Shown here one piece after another: positions 1 to 11,062 of a stretch of DNA of 52,525 nt. The stretch lies in contig JAHBMJ010000229.1 in the NCBI GenBank assembly GCA_018398765.1, positions 1-52,525 on the forward strand, read 5' to 3'. Below the pieces are notes generated by a model. The model searched no databases, had not been told where the DNA came from, and saw only the letters and a list, made by a program, of their open reading frames with translations. Position numbers and translations under genes: made by a program. This DNA is from Chromera velia. Taxonomy: Eukaryota. Position 1 is the stretch's first letter, and every line of letters starts with the position of its first letter.

Positions 1-1416
1 GCTAGAATTGAACGTTTTTTCCTCTGGGAGTGGCTCTCTGCTGGCCACTCAGTTACGACTTTCTCTGGAATAAGGACCTACGGATCGATTTCATCGTGAG
101 TCTTTATTTCTGTCTTCGTGTGTAGCTAGATATTCGTTCTTATAGTCTAGCAAACATCTCGGTGGTTCACTGTCAGACCATTATGACGTCGGCTTGACAT
201 CATAAATAATTATGCAATAATTATAGTAATAGATTTAGTTTCGAACAAATTTTAAACAATAGACAACAATGGAACTGTTCGAAATGCATTAGTAATAACA
301 ACATCTTGAAACATTTAAGTTCAAAGCTGTCTTCCTTATTGTTTTCCCTGTGACAGCTTCAAACAGCAGTTAGAAATGGCATGGACTGCAAGTCCCAAGT
401 TCAAAACCTGACCGGATATGTGTATTTCTATGTCTGATATTTTCTTTTCTTGCTTAGCGGCTGCGAAAAGATATGCAAGCTAGAGTGACAAGGGAGCTGT
501 GAGGAGAACTACAGACCAACGAGGCTTGCTGACAAAAACTCCAGAGAGAAAGAGGAAGAGAGAGGCGTCGTGTGACCATCCGAGGTGTAAAATCAGAAAG
601 AATGAATCTATTCAGGCTCCAGATCCACAGATGCAGAATGAAGAGTCGTGACCCCCCCCCTCCCACCCCCCCAATGCATCGCACCGTTCCTCCCTGACGC
701 AGTCGCGTGCCAGGAATGCATGCAGACAGATTCATTCAAAAACAATCTAAGAGCTGAGACGATCGCAGGAAGCCCCGCACCTGCACTGCATTGCGTGCGG
801 GCACACGCGGGCCTGCATGTGTTTTCAGGATGAGCATCCAGACCCCCGATGCGTCTTTCCCTCTTTCTTTCTTTCTTTCTTTCTTTCTTTTTTTCTTTCG
901 TTCTTTCCCCCCCCTTTTTTTTCTCTCTCTCTTTCTTTCTTTCGTTTTCTGCTGCAAAAAAATGCAAATCGATGACAGACTCCCAATTTTCGCTGGTCTC
1001 TTCCGTCTCCTTCTCGTGGTCTTTTTTCTGGTTTACGCTCGGGAGCCACAGAGAGCCGTACCATACAGCTATGTTGTTTTTCACCTAGGTCTTGAGGTGA
1101 TCTTACGAAACCCCTTTCTGTGCACGCACGAGGATGCACCACTGCACCAGAGACTGAAAGAAAGAAAAAACGAATACGGATTCCTCCAATTCGATTATGT
1201 GCATGCAACAATTCAATTAAGATATGCAGAGGATCGAGTCTTCACGAACGTGGCACACCGTCAAGTCCTGTCCTTGCGTTCTTCCGGCCTTCCGCCTCCA
1301 CGCGTGAAGGAAGAATCGTTTGGTCTGCTGCATGCAGTAAAGTTGCCAAAGCCAGTGCGCGAGTACTAAACAGAAAAAAAAAATCACGAGACAATTCTCT
1401 TTTCTTCCTCGAGGAT

Positions 1417-2335
1417 CTACCCCCACCCGCTCCCGTCTTTTCCGGAGACGGCCAGAGTTGTGTCACTGTCCCGAAAGTTTCTGGCCTTGTCCAGATCAGG
1501 GAGGTTCAGTCTGGGCTGCTGCTTCAAGTCGTTGTTGCACTGCTTGCCCGAGTTCGCCCTTTTCCGGTTATTCACACCGAGGCGCTGCATTCTGACCAGC
1601 TCTTTCAGAAGCCGCTGACGCTGCAGGTTCGGCAAACCGTTCTCGACTCCGCAGTAGTGACACCGCTCTGCATGCTTGCAATCAGAGGGAGGTACTTAGA
1701 AAGAGGGCACGCAGCGAGAGACAATGAATGCCTGCAGAAGTACGTAGAGACACAACGGGGGGACATCTATGCATGCAGGTCCACTGCTCAGCAATGAATG
1801 CACAGCTGCGAGTCCACTCGATCGATCCCTCCCTCCATTGTTTTCACTCTAGACAAGACTCTTAAGACTAGGATAGACTAGGTAGGTCTGAGCAGATCGG
1901 GGCGTCAGGTAGATTTTCTTTGTCTGACGGATCAGGACGGCGGTTCAGGGAGCAAGATGGACCCATGCAGAAGAGAGTTCTTGGGGATGAGGCAGAAATG
2001 TCGGGGACACTCAGGCGTCTATCAAGATGGTAAATAGAGCATTTTTGCTCCTCCAGGTCTCTTCTGTGAAAAGAAAGAGAGAGAGAGAAATAGAGAGACC
2101 ATTCTCGACGCCTCAAGTGGCACTAATCCGCCTGTTTGACAGAATGAATGAATGAATGAATAGATGAGTGCCTTGGATCGGTCCGACCCACACACTCACA
2201 CAATGACTGTTGGTTCTCATATAGTGGCTGTTGTGTGTTGGGGGGGGGTCGTGTGTTTGAAGGACCTCTTCTGAGTGGGTACCCGAGTGAGTGAAAGGGG
2301 AGGGGGGAAGCCCGGCCGGAGAGCGCGAGAGTGAA

Positions 2336-2367
<32 letters not shown>

Positions 2368-2370
2368 AGA

Positions 2371-2425
<55 letters not shown>

Positions 2426-4811
2426 TGAGAGTGAGAGAGAGAGTGAGTGAGAGACGTCCGTCCAATCTGTCTGAATGGCTGGCTGCCTGGCTGACCGCAG
2501 ATCCACCCCCTCATGCAGCATCCCTTCCCCGCGAAGACGCAAGGGAAACAGGTGCACCGTCCCTTGGACTTGTGCCTCACCGAGCCGACGGAGGGCAAAG
2601 CGGCCACGAACGGGGAGGAGGAGGAGGAGAAGGAGGAGGCTGCAGTGCAGAGTAGATCGGGACTCATCATTCAGCCTGAGCCGTCCGGTAAGTGAGAAAT
2701 GGATTGAGTGGTTTCTTTCTAGAGAGAAAAGACGTTCGATCTCCGCAATGCCCAACGCCGAGGGGGAATGAGAAAGGGAGGGCGAAGCAAGAGGGAGGGG
2801 AAGCAGGGGAAGAGAGGGAAAGCGAAAAGAAAGAGAACGGAGAGAGGGGAGTTGACGGACCTTCGTCTGAGCATCCCTTCACACCAGGGGCCCTACATGA
2901 GTAGCAAGAGAAGGAAGAGCTGGCGGTAGAGGTGAGATCGTTAGAGGCCCCAGGATCGTTTTTCTTCTCAGCCGCAGACGCGCCCCCTCTGTTTGATTTG
3001 GGCCTCTCACTCGGAGAGGCCGAGGAAGGGAGGATCACCTTCCGTCCGAACTCGTCCAGAGAGAAGCTCACAGGTAGTGCAGGCATCGACGCCTCCCTGT
3101 GCATCAGCTCCCTCTTCATGTCCGCCTGCATTCGTTCCCACGCACGTACGCACAATTTGAATCATACAGAAAAATGTGGCAGGGATGATTTTCTTCTTCA
3201 GGCCACTCACGCAAGCCTGTATCACATCCAGGCAAAAGAAAGAGTGGAGTGATGCTCAGTCGGTTCTTTGTCTACAGACTGATGGGAAGAGCTAGACCGA
3301 ATGCGTGAAGATGGAGAGAGAAACAAACAAAGCCGTCGGGAAAAGGAAAATCTATCGCGTATCTCTTCCCTCTGTTCCTTTCCACACCTATTTCTCCGAA
3401 GGAAAGAAAATGGGAGTGGAGGGAGAAGGCATACTCACGGGACGACAAGCCCAGCGTTGATCGACAAGAGACCTTCCTTGCAAGCCTGTTATGCACACGA
3501 ATGAATCAAGCCACCCACTCACTTCCTCGAAGAAGACCAGATCGCAGAAGGTGTTCGTTTCCCTGAGTCTGTGTCTGAACGGGACGTTCAGAGCTCCTGT
3601 GCGGGTCTGCAGGAAGTTCAGGCTTGGCTTCTCACTCAGCATTCCGGCCTGGTGGTGCCCCGCCTGAAGGCACGCAGGCAGGCAGGCAGGCAGACAGCGA
3701 AGGAAGGAACTAGTCATTCGAACGAACGAATTGTCGATCGGTATCGAAAGGCCATACGGCAAGGCCCGATGAAATCCATGAGCAGAAAGAAAAAAACGGT
3801 GCAAGAGCCATGCATGATTCTCAGGCATCATCGCACCGACAGCTTGCTTGGGCAAGGGGGGACAGGAAGAGCTAGATGAGCGACGGCTTTGCCAAAACTA
3901 TTCGGAGTCGACCAAAATGAGAACATGATCGACGGGGGGGGAACCGGGAGCACAGGGAAGGGGTTTCGTGGGAGCGGAAGTACAAAACGATACACTCGCT
4001 GCGAGAAGGGTCGACAGGGTATGGCAAGCGAGGCAGATAGGACAGGAAAAGGGGCGGGAAGGNNNNNNNNNNNNNNNNNNNNNNNNNNNNNNNNNNNNNN
4101 NNNNNNNNNNNNNNNNNNNNNNNNNNNNNNNNNNNNNNNNNNNNNNNNNNNNNNNNNNNNNNNNNNNNNNNNNNNNNNNNNNNNNNNNNNNNNNNNNNNN
4201 NNNNNNNNNNNNNNNNNNNNNNNNNNNNNNNNNNNNNNNNNNNNNNNNNNNNNNNNNNNNNNNNNNNNNNGGGGGGGGGGGGGGTGTTGGTGGTGAAGGG
4301 GAGAAAGACAGGCATGCAGAGAGATGGACATACACGAATGGACCGACATGCAAGAGAGAGACGGCTGCATGCATCCGGGCCGAAGAGGTAGGCACATGCA
4401 CAACGCGCATGCATGGAGCATGCAACGAGGAGGGTGGCAGAGAAAGGGGAGGAGAGAGGGGAGCAGAGAGAGGGAGAAAGAAAAGGGGAGAAGGGGGGAA
4501 AAGAAAAAGGGAAGAGGAAGGGAACATGCGGAGGGGAGGGATGCACAGAGGTGGGGAGGGGAATGGAGCGGATAGGAAAAAGACAACAGCTTGCAACTCA
4601 GAGTAGAGACAGAATTAAGGACTAGCAGCTAGCTCACGTTATGATTGTTCAAAAGAATCCCCAGCTCTCTTCGTGCCTTTCCTTTCCAATCCCCACTGCA
4701 GCAAGGCACTTGTATCCCTCTTTCAGGGATCCGCACCTTCTGGGAGTCTTTTTCCATCTTGAAACATTTACTCGCAGTGAGACGATCTGAATGGTCAAGA
4801 GTGGTGTCCAT
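1417..4811 (-). CDS. Multi-exon hypothetical protein with an alveolate-type Cys/His zinc-finger-like motif (LPSVGSxxH...PCxF...CxxGxxCxxCH)
   Basis: Hand-spliced phase-compatible exons: 4811-4737 (tentative first exon), 3663-3523, 3125-2861, 2639-2496, 1667-1417, all GT-AG. Joining 2496 to 1667 gives LPSVGSVRHKSKGRCTCFPCVFAGKGCCMRGWICERCHYC, completing the motif across the intron. The 5' structure is uncertain because an N gap lies inside the gene, and the last exon could splice further. Confidence 0.6.
2335..2453. repeat. (GA)n/(GAGAGT)n microsatellite in an intron
   Basis: Directly visible simple repeat. Confidence 0.95.
4063..4270. other. Assembly gap (N run) flanked by a poly-G tract
   Basis: Run of n characters. 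Confidence 1.
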
Positions 4812-5907
4812 GGTGTAAGACTGAGCAATGTGCTTCCTGATAGATCGATCAGAAAGGTCGGCTAAGCCACGGGGACCCAGCTGTATCGATTGCTTATACA
4901 ATACTTACATGCATGCAGTTGGCCCTGTGCTTCAGCGTGTCATTCACACATTCAAAAGCCATCCATGCATGCAATGCCTCTCTCTCACTCGTCTCACTGA
5001 ATGCCTGGGAGACTCTGTGAGCGTCTGTTTCTGTCGGCAGTCTGTCTCAATGTGTCTCATCTTAATTATACTGCGTGGCTGTCATTATGCACGTCAAAGA
5101 ATATGCATCTTACTATACTACACTCGCGTCTGGATCTGACTGCGTGGGCACCACCTGTGCAGAAATTTGCATTATGGGTCCAAATAGTGTACTGTAAGAC
5201 CCCGGCCAGCAATTTTGATTCGTGCGCACACAGTTGCCATTCGGGCCCAACTAATTAAGCGACACATAAAAATTTCTCTATAAGACGGCCTGCGCATGTA
5301 TACTCTGATCGTACGCCGTTTTCCTTCAAAACTCAACTTAACTTGAGTCGTATGATTCAATCTGCTTACTGCACGGCAATTGTTGTCAGAGTGAACGCGT
5401 GCATGGTGCGTTCCCCGACTCTCTGAGTTCATAGTTATGTTGCAAAAAGAGGAACGTGAAAAAGCGTCGATCCCAGCCTGTTTACGACCTGCCCCCGATC
5501 AAAGGATAAAAACTTTTGTTTGTGCCCCCCTTTCGACGCCGGACAGCACCCACGTGCCACGATACGTCGGCGCGCAGTGCGCGCCCACTCTCGTGTATTT
5601 TGTCACTTCTACAACTGAACGCGCGCATTTCGCGCGCGCATTTCGTGCGACTTTGTTGGCGGAAAAACGCCCATGCAACATGATCGACATATATGCATGC
5701 ATGCATGCAGCGACTCTTATATATAATTATAATTAATTGCATTTCAGACAAAGGATCGATTCAATCAAGTATATATGTACGTACTCTCAGAAACATCTAT
5801 AGATCTATACTTGAGAAAGTGGCGCAAGCAGTCCACGCAGGCCATAAAGGCTGGTCCGAGTGATCTTATCCCGCCAATTCTCCAGAGCTGAATCTCGATC
5901 AGCCAGT

Positions 5908-7010
5908 ATGTCACTCGGCTTCGTCAGGTATCTCGCTTCTGTCGTCGTTTTCGCGGCTACAATATCAGTAGCGTCGGCAGGCTCCTCGACGCAACCACAG
6001 GGCACAATCTCTGACACTGCTGCTGCCGACGCGTCCTGTCAGTTCACGGATGGCTTAGCCTTCGTAGAGCAGTCGCAGCTCTCGAAGAAGAGCACCCACG
6101 GCGAAGACCTCTTCCTCCTCACCGACGACGATTTCGAGGAGGCGACCTCCTCTGCGCCTACGTGGGTGTTCTCCCTCTACGTAGATGGGTGCGGCGCCTG
6201 CAAAGCCTTCCACCCGCACCTGAAGGAAGTTGCCAAACGGTTTCGTGGGGACTCCAACGTGCAGTTCGCCCTCATTGATCAGACAGCGAGTGTAACAGGC
6301 ATCCGCAACGCGCTGGCCACCCCGAAGCACTTTCCGACGAAAGTGAAGATCGGCGACCGCCTGTACGACTACACAGAGTCCCGGGACGCGGACTCGCTCG
6401 AGCGGTTCATCAAAGAAGAGCACAAGCAGGAGGGCATGTTCAGAACTCTGGAAAAGGACTGGAATCTGATCCCAGACATGTTCAAGGGAGAGTTCAGCCA
6501 GGTCGAGAACTTCTCCGCCAAGGGGTTCCGGCAGAATGTGAAGAATGGGAACCGGAGGTGGCTCGTCTACTTCTTCGCCCCCTCTTGCAGGTATATATGT
6601 GTGGCTCACTGCACTTGATCCACGCCCGCTTTTATCCATTTTTTTAGATGCCTCTGCTATTTCCATTGTCTTCCGAGATGCCCCCACAGGATTCTTGTTT
6701 TTTGAGCTTTCTGTACTTTTTCGAATTGTTGCTTTTTCAGAAATGGAACGCCTGTTCTCGCACTCCTTGCAGCCACTGCCAGCAGGCCACCATAAGCGTC
6801 GAAAAGGCGGCCAAGGCGAGAAAGCAGAGGGTCACTTTCGGTCGCGTGGACTGTTCTCTGAAGAGGGCTGCAGAGATCTGCACGGAGGAGGGCGTGACCT
6901 CGATGCCCACCATCAGGGTCTACGAAGGGGGAGCACACACAAAGACGTACGATGGGTCGCATACCCACGACGCGTTGGTGAATTTTGTGGAAACTACAGC
7001 CACGGCATGA
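5908..7010 (+). CDS. Secreted thioredoxin-domain / protein disulfide isomerase-like protein with two Trx domains (~306 aa)
   Basis: Exon 1 5908-6590, GT-AG intron 6591-6772, exon 2 6773-7010, 921 nt in frame. N-terminal hydrophobic signal (RYLASVVVFAATISVASA). Domain 1: LTDDDF...YVDGCGACKAFHP...FPT...Y.ESRDADSLERFI. Domain 2: FFAPSC|SHC...GRVDC...GVTSMPTI...YDGSHTHDALVNF. Confidence 0.9.
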
Positions 7011-8027
7011 AAGAGAGAACGTAGGCAAAAGTATCGGACCATCAAGAATATTATTGCCTGAGTGAATTTGGCAGAAACCACAGCCACAACATGAAAGAGA
7101 AAAGTAACGAGAAGAGGGAGGGAGAAAGGGCAAAAAAAGGGGGGGGGAAATCTAGCAGGGAAACCAATCAGATCGGAAGATCGCCTTTGGAGGAGGGGGG
7201 CTACTAGGAGCTAGCATCATTTTCTCCCTCACTTGGTTTTCAGTGCTTCTCGGCTCAAACGTGAGCCAGACAACGCATTCGTTTTCTAGCCTCCATGCAG
7301 TCTCACCGAAGAAAATTAAGAACGAAGAATGATCGTTGTGATTCAAATTGTGGCTTGCACGGACGCTGTTGCAAAGGAATTGGTGCATACAAAAAATGCG
7401 AAGCATGCAGCTGACCGCGGACGTGCGCAGTTTCAATTCAATTTGATCGATTGCTGGATCGAGCCGATCGACGGACCTCAACGTGCAAAGCCTAATACAA
7501 AGCAAAGGCCTGTATGGTCTAAAAGCATGCATGCAAATCTCCTGATCCAACTTAAAGCAATGATCTCAATTGTCCGATGGTGGCATCTGCGTGACAGACC
7601 AACAGACAGCTTAAGACATCTTAAAGAAATTTATTTTTTAAGATTGGTGTAAATTCAATTTAAATTAGTAAACCTATTAATTAAATATTTAAACTCTTCA
7701 ATTACTTTAAGTAAATTAATTACTTGCATAAATTGATTATTTAAAATCATTTGTTCATTGTATAAACTACTTTAAATTACACTAAATTAAAATTAAAAAT
7801 AAACTTGTTTTTTTTTAAAAAAATGTAGTTGGTTAAATAAATAAAAAAATAATTTAAAAAAAAAATGGGCATTGACTTAAAGTTTGTTCCTAGCTTCTGG
7901 CCTATACGTCTTTCGTCTCTTCCTTCTGTCCTGATTACTGCTCTCACTGCTAGCTCTCTCTCTCATGTGACCTCATATTTGACGCTCCTCCGTCCGAATG
8001 CCTTCTTCGGCATTTGCTAAGTACTTC

Positions 8028-8869
8028 CTACCCCTTAATCATGACTAGCGCACTGCCTACTCCTCCTTCCTCCCAGCCCTCTCCCTGTACTCCTCTGGTC
8101 CCCCGAATACATGCGCTTACTGCTTTCAGGTGGGCAATCTGCAGTCGGGCTCGGATCCGGCCGCACGTCTTGCTCACGTGTTGCCCCCATTTCTCACTCA
8201 ATCGCTCTGCCACCCTCTTCAAGAACATCTTTGCCTCCCCCTCCATCGTCCCATCAACCGCACTCATGAGTGGAATGAAGTCGCACCCTCTATCCACACT
8301 TGCCTACCCATGTTTCCTCTTCTTTTCTTCTGCTGCTGCTTTGAGGGCTTAAGTCCAAGTCACCTTCTCCCTCGAGGCGGCGTGTAGGTTTATCACCCTG
8401 GTATCGAAAATTGCCAGCCTTTGTGGAGCATAGGCCCCCCGGACTTGGAAGTCCCCCCTTAGCGCCAGATATCCCTGCACCTCCCCTTCCTCCCTAATGA
8501 TCGGCTCCTTTGCGTGGACCGCTCCCACGGGGTATGCTTCCGCTGCTAGACTCGCCCATGTACGGTTGACTTCGTCATGTCGCAACGTGGGCAGTCCTTC
8601 TACTGGGCAGTTAAGGGCATGTTGCAGACTCCACCTTCCCCCATATCCCTCACATCTGCTCTTCTCCCCCCCTACCCTCCCTTGATATCGGATTGTCATC
8701 GCGTCCCGGAATTTGTCTGGGCTAAGATTCATTCCGTGTTCCTTCAGGGGGGTGGCCATCAGCCATCCTGACTGCCTCTTTTCTTTTGACTGCCTAACTT
8801 CCTCATACTAGTCCTCACTGGCTGCCTGCCCTGACTGGCTGCCTAACCTCTCCTACTCCTTCTCTACTA
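8028..8869 (-). mobile_element. CRE-like non-LTR retrotransposon, 3' part (zinc knuckle + restriction-like endonuclease), degenerate
   Basis: Translation GWL...FRDAMTIRY...CEGYG....QHALNC....RHDEV...EP...LRGDFQVRG....AIFDTRV...EEKKRKH...FIPL...DG matches the CCHC + RLE C-terminus of CRE-clade elements. Contains in-frame TAA/TAG stops. Confidence 0.85.
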
Positions 8870-9188
8870 TATAAGATGAACAGTACAATGCTATATGGTG
8901 GTCCAAAGGTACGTCTGACCTAGAAGCGTCAGTGTTCAATCTAGCCAGTCAAACAGTCTGTTGATCACTTCATGCACCAGGCTGCTCAAACCATTAACTA
9001 CATTTATTTGGCCTCTTCTCATAGCAGCCTTCACTAAAATCGATATGATCGCGTGCGCTCGTGGCCCGGCGGCAAGCCGTCTCTAAGCCGGTCCCGGTAC
9101 CTATACTATGCGCGCTCACACCCCGGCAGCACCTCTCACACCGCCACATATACAGCCCGACATCTCAGCCCCGGGCACAGCCCTCACA
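8870..9188 (-). repeat. 3' LTR of the chromovirus
   Basis: tataagatgaac...ccctcaca; about 18 mismatches in 319 bp against 15709-16027 by manual alignment. Confidence 0.95.
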
Positions 9189-10427
9189 CATGCCCGTCCG
9201 CCAAACTGACGTCCACGCTCAGTTCCTTAGCTGAGTACTCAGGCCTGCATCAATCAGTTGAGAAACATGTATAGATGTCGATATGCCATGACCGACCAGA
9301 TCCAACCAGTCTCCTGCGCAGCACCACCTCCTTTGTCTAGCTTATCCACGCCTACTTAATTTGTCTCTCACCTTGAAGCTCACTAACTTTTCTATTAATT
9401 CTTTCTCTAATTTATCCCTCACACATACTTATCCACTCCCAGGCCTCACTTCCTTTGCATTCTTCTTCTCTTGAAGTCGGCAATTGCTTCTTTTATGCGT
9501 AACAAATTTTCTGCCGGTTTCTATGAGGCATCTTCCTTTCTGAATCCCTTCCATCTCACCAAATAATGCGACTTTCTACCAATTCTTCTCCATAATGATT
9601 CCAATACCTCCTCCACTTCATATTCTGGTCCTTCAAATCTAGGGAGTCTGACTGCAGGTGGAGGATCTCCCGGCTCTCTAACATACTTCTTCAAATAGCT
9701 TACATTCACTACAGGGTGAATGCGCACACCTGCCGGGAAGATAAGCTCATATGCTCCTCTTGTTACCATTCTCTCTACCTTGAAGGGACCAAACCTAGGG
9801 TAGGGACCAAACCAAATTGGCTCCAACTTTCTTTTTTGTCTTTCCGGTCTCTTTTCTTGCTCAAAGAACTCTCTGTGCACCAAAACCCAATCTCCAGGAC
9901 CAACCTCCAATTCCCTGCAGTGTCAATCATAATAGCGGGCTGCTGTCTCTCTGGCCCGCTCCAACAATTCCTTTACTTAGGCGATCTCTGCCTTATACCT
10001 TGCGACGAAGTCTGCTGCAGAAGGCGACAGTGAGCTTCCCCTGACCGGCACTGCAGGCAGACGAATTGGGTCAAACCCATGCGTGAATCTGTAAGGTGAG
10101 AGACCAGTCATAGGATGAACACTGTCTCTGTAGGCAAAATTACATGCAGGCAAACTTTTTAAGCCTCGGCCCAGTCTTCCCGATGGTCCATCACAAAACA
10201 TCGCAACATCTCCCTGATCGTTCTATTGTCTCTCTCTGTCTGTCCGTCTGTCTGTGGGTGTTGAGAGGAACTCATTTTCATTTTTGAATTCCATAGCTTC
10301 TGTAACTCTCGCCAGAAGGCAGAAATAAAGCAAGGATCACGATCAAAGACAAGCGACCAAAACATGCCAACAGAATACACCACTCTTTCAAACACAACAG
10401 ACGCAGTTTCTTCTCCTGTGATCTCCT

Positions 10428-11062
10428 CTAGGGTATGACACTCTGCAGACACTTTACGATACACAAAGAGTTCTAGCAGCAAGAACTGCATTTGATGCAT
10501 TTATTTTCACCCGTTCACATCTTTTTTTCAAGTGAAAACATCTTGATATACAAGAAAAACACGTTTTCAGGGTGGTTCAAAAGAAAGGGAGGGGGGTTCT
10601 GCACGGTTACAGGTCGGGTGCCAATATTGGTTCCAGCTCTCCATATGATGGTGGTTCTTGAACCGATAAACTCATAATGAGAACTTCTGGAACTCATCTG
10701 AACCATCAAGAACCAAAGCAATTCTTAGTTCCATAAAGTCTTTTATGCAAAAGAACTCAAAACAAAGTGAAATAAATATAATGGAAGGTCTTATCATTTG
10801 GTTCAGGGGGGGCCGCCGGGGTATTTTGGTTCCTAAACCGCCAGAACCGGCAAATCAGAACTTTTGTTGGCACCAACATGTTTTTGAGTGTTTTCAGGTC
10901 AAAATCGTTTAAAAACTGGTAGACTTTTCATCTTTATTTGGTTCTTTTGGTCCAATAACCACAAAAAACATGTTTTAACATGTTGATATGTTATATGCGG
11001 GATGAAAGGGGGATATTGCTGAGTGAAACTGACTGACGAGGCTCAAGAGTGTCATACCCTAG
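10428..11062. mobile_element. 635-bp non-autonomous TIR element (MITE, hAT-like by its 8-bp TSD) inserted in the integrase
   Basis: Perfect 17-bp TIR ctagggtatgacactct (10428-10444) / agagtgtcataccctag (11046-11062); 8-bp TSD gatctcct at 10420-10427 and 11063-11070. Removing it restores integrase FIPVWEEITGEETA. Confidence 0.93.

Noticed and set aside
791..1797. Plus-strand ORFs of 192 and 225 aa
   Set aside because: They start in low-complexity DNA or are antisense to the zinc-finger gene's last exon, and have no recognisable motif.
3872..4606. ORFs spanning X runs
   Set aside because: Artefacts of reading through the assembly gap.
7640..7870. AT-rich flanks (also 16955-17290) as halves of an older host element around the TE nest
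   Set aside because: No TIR, TSD or alignable ends found by eye.
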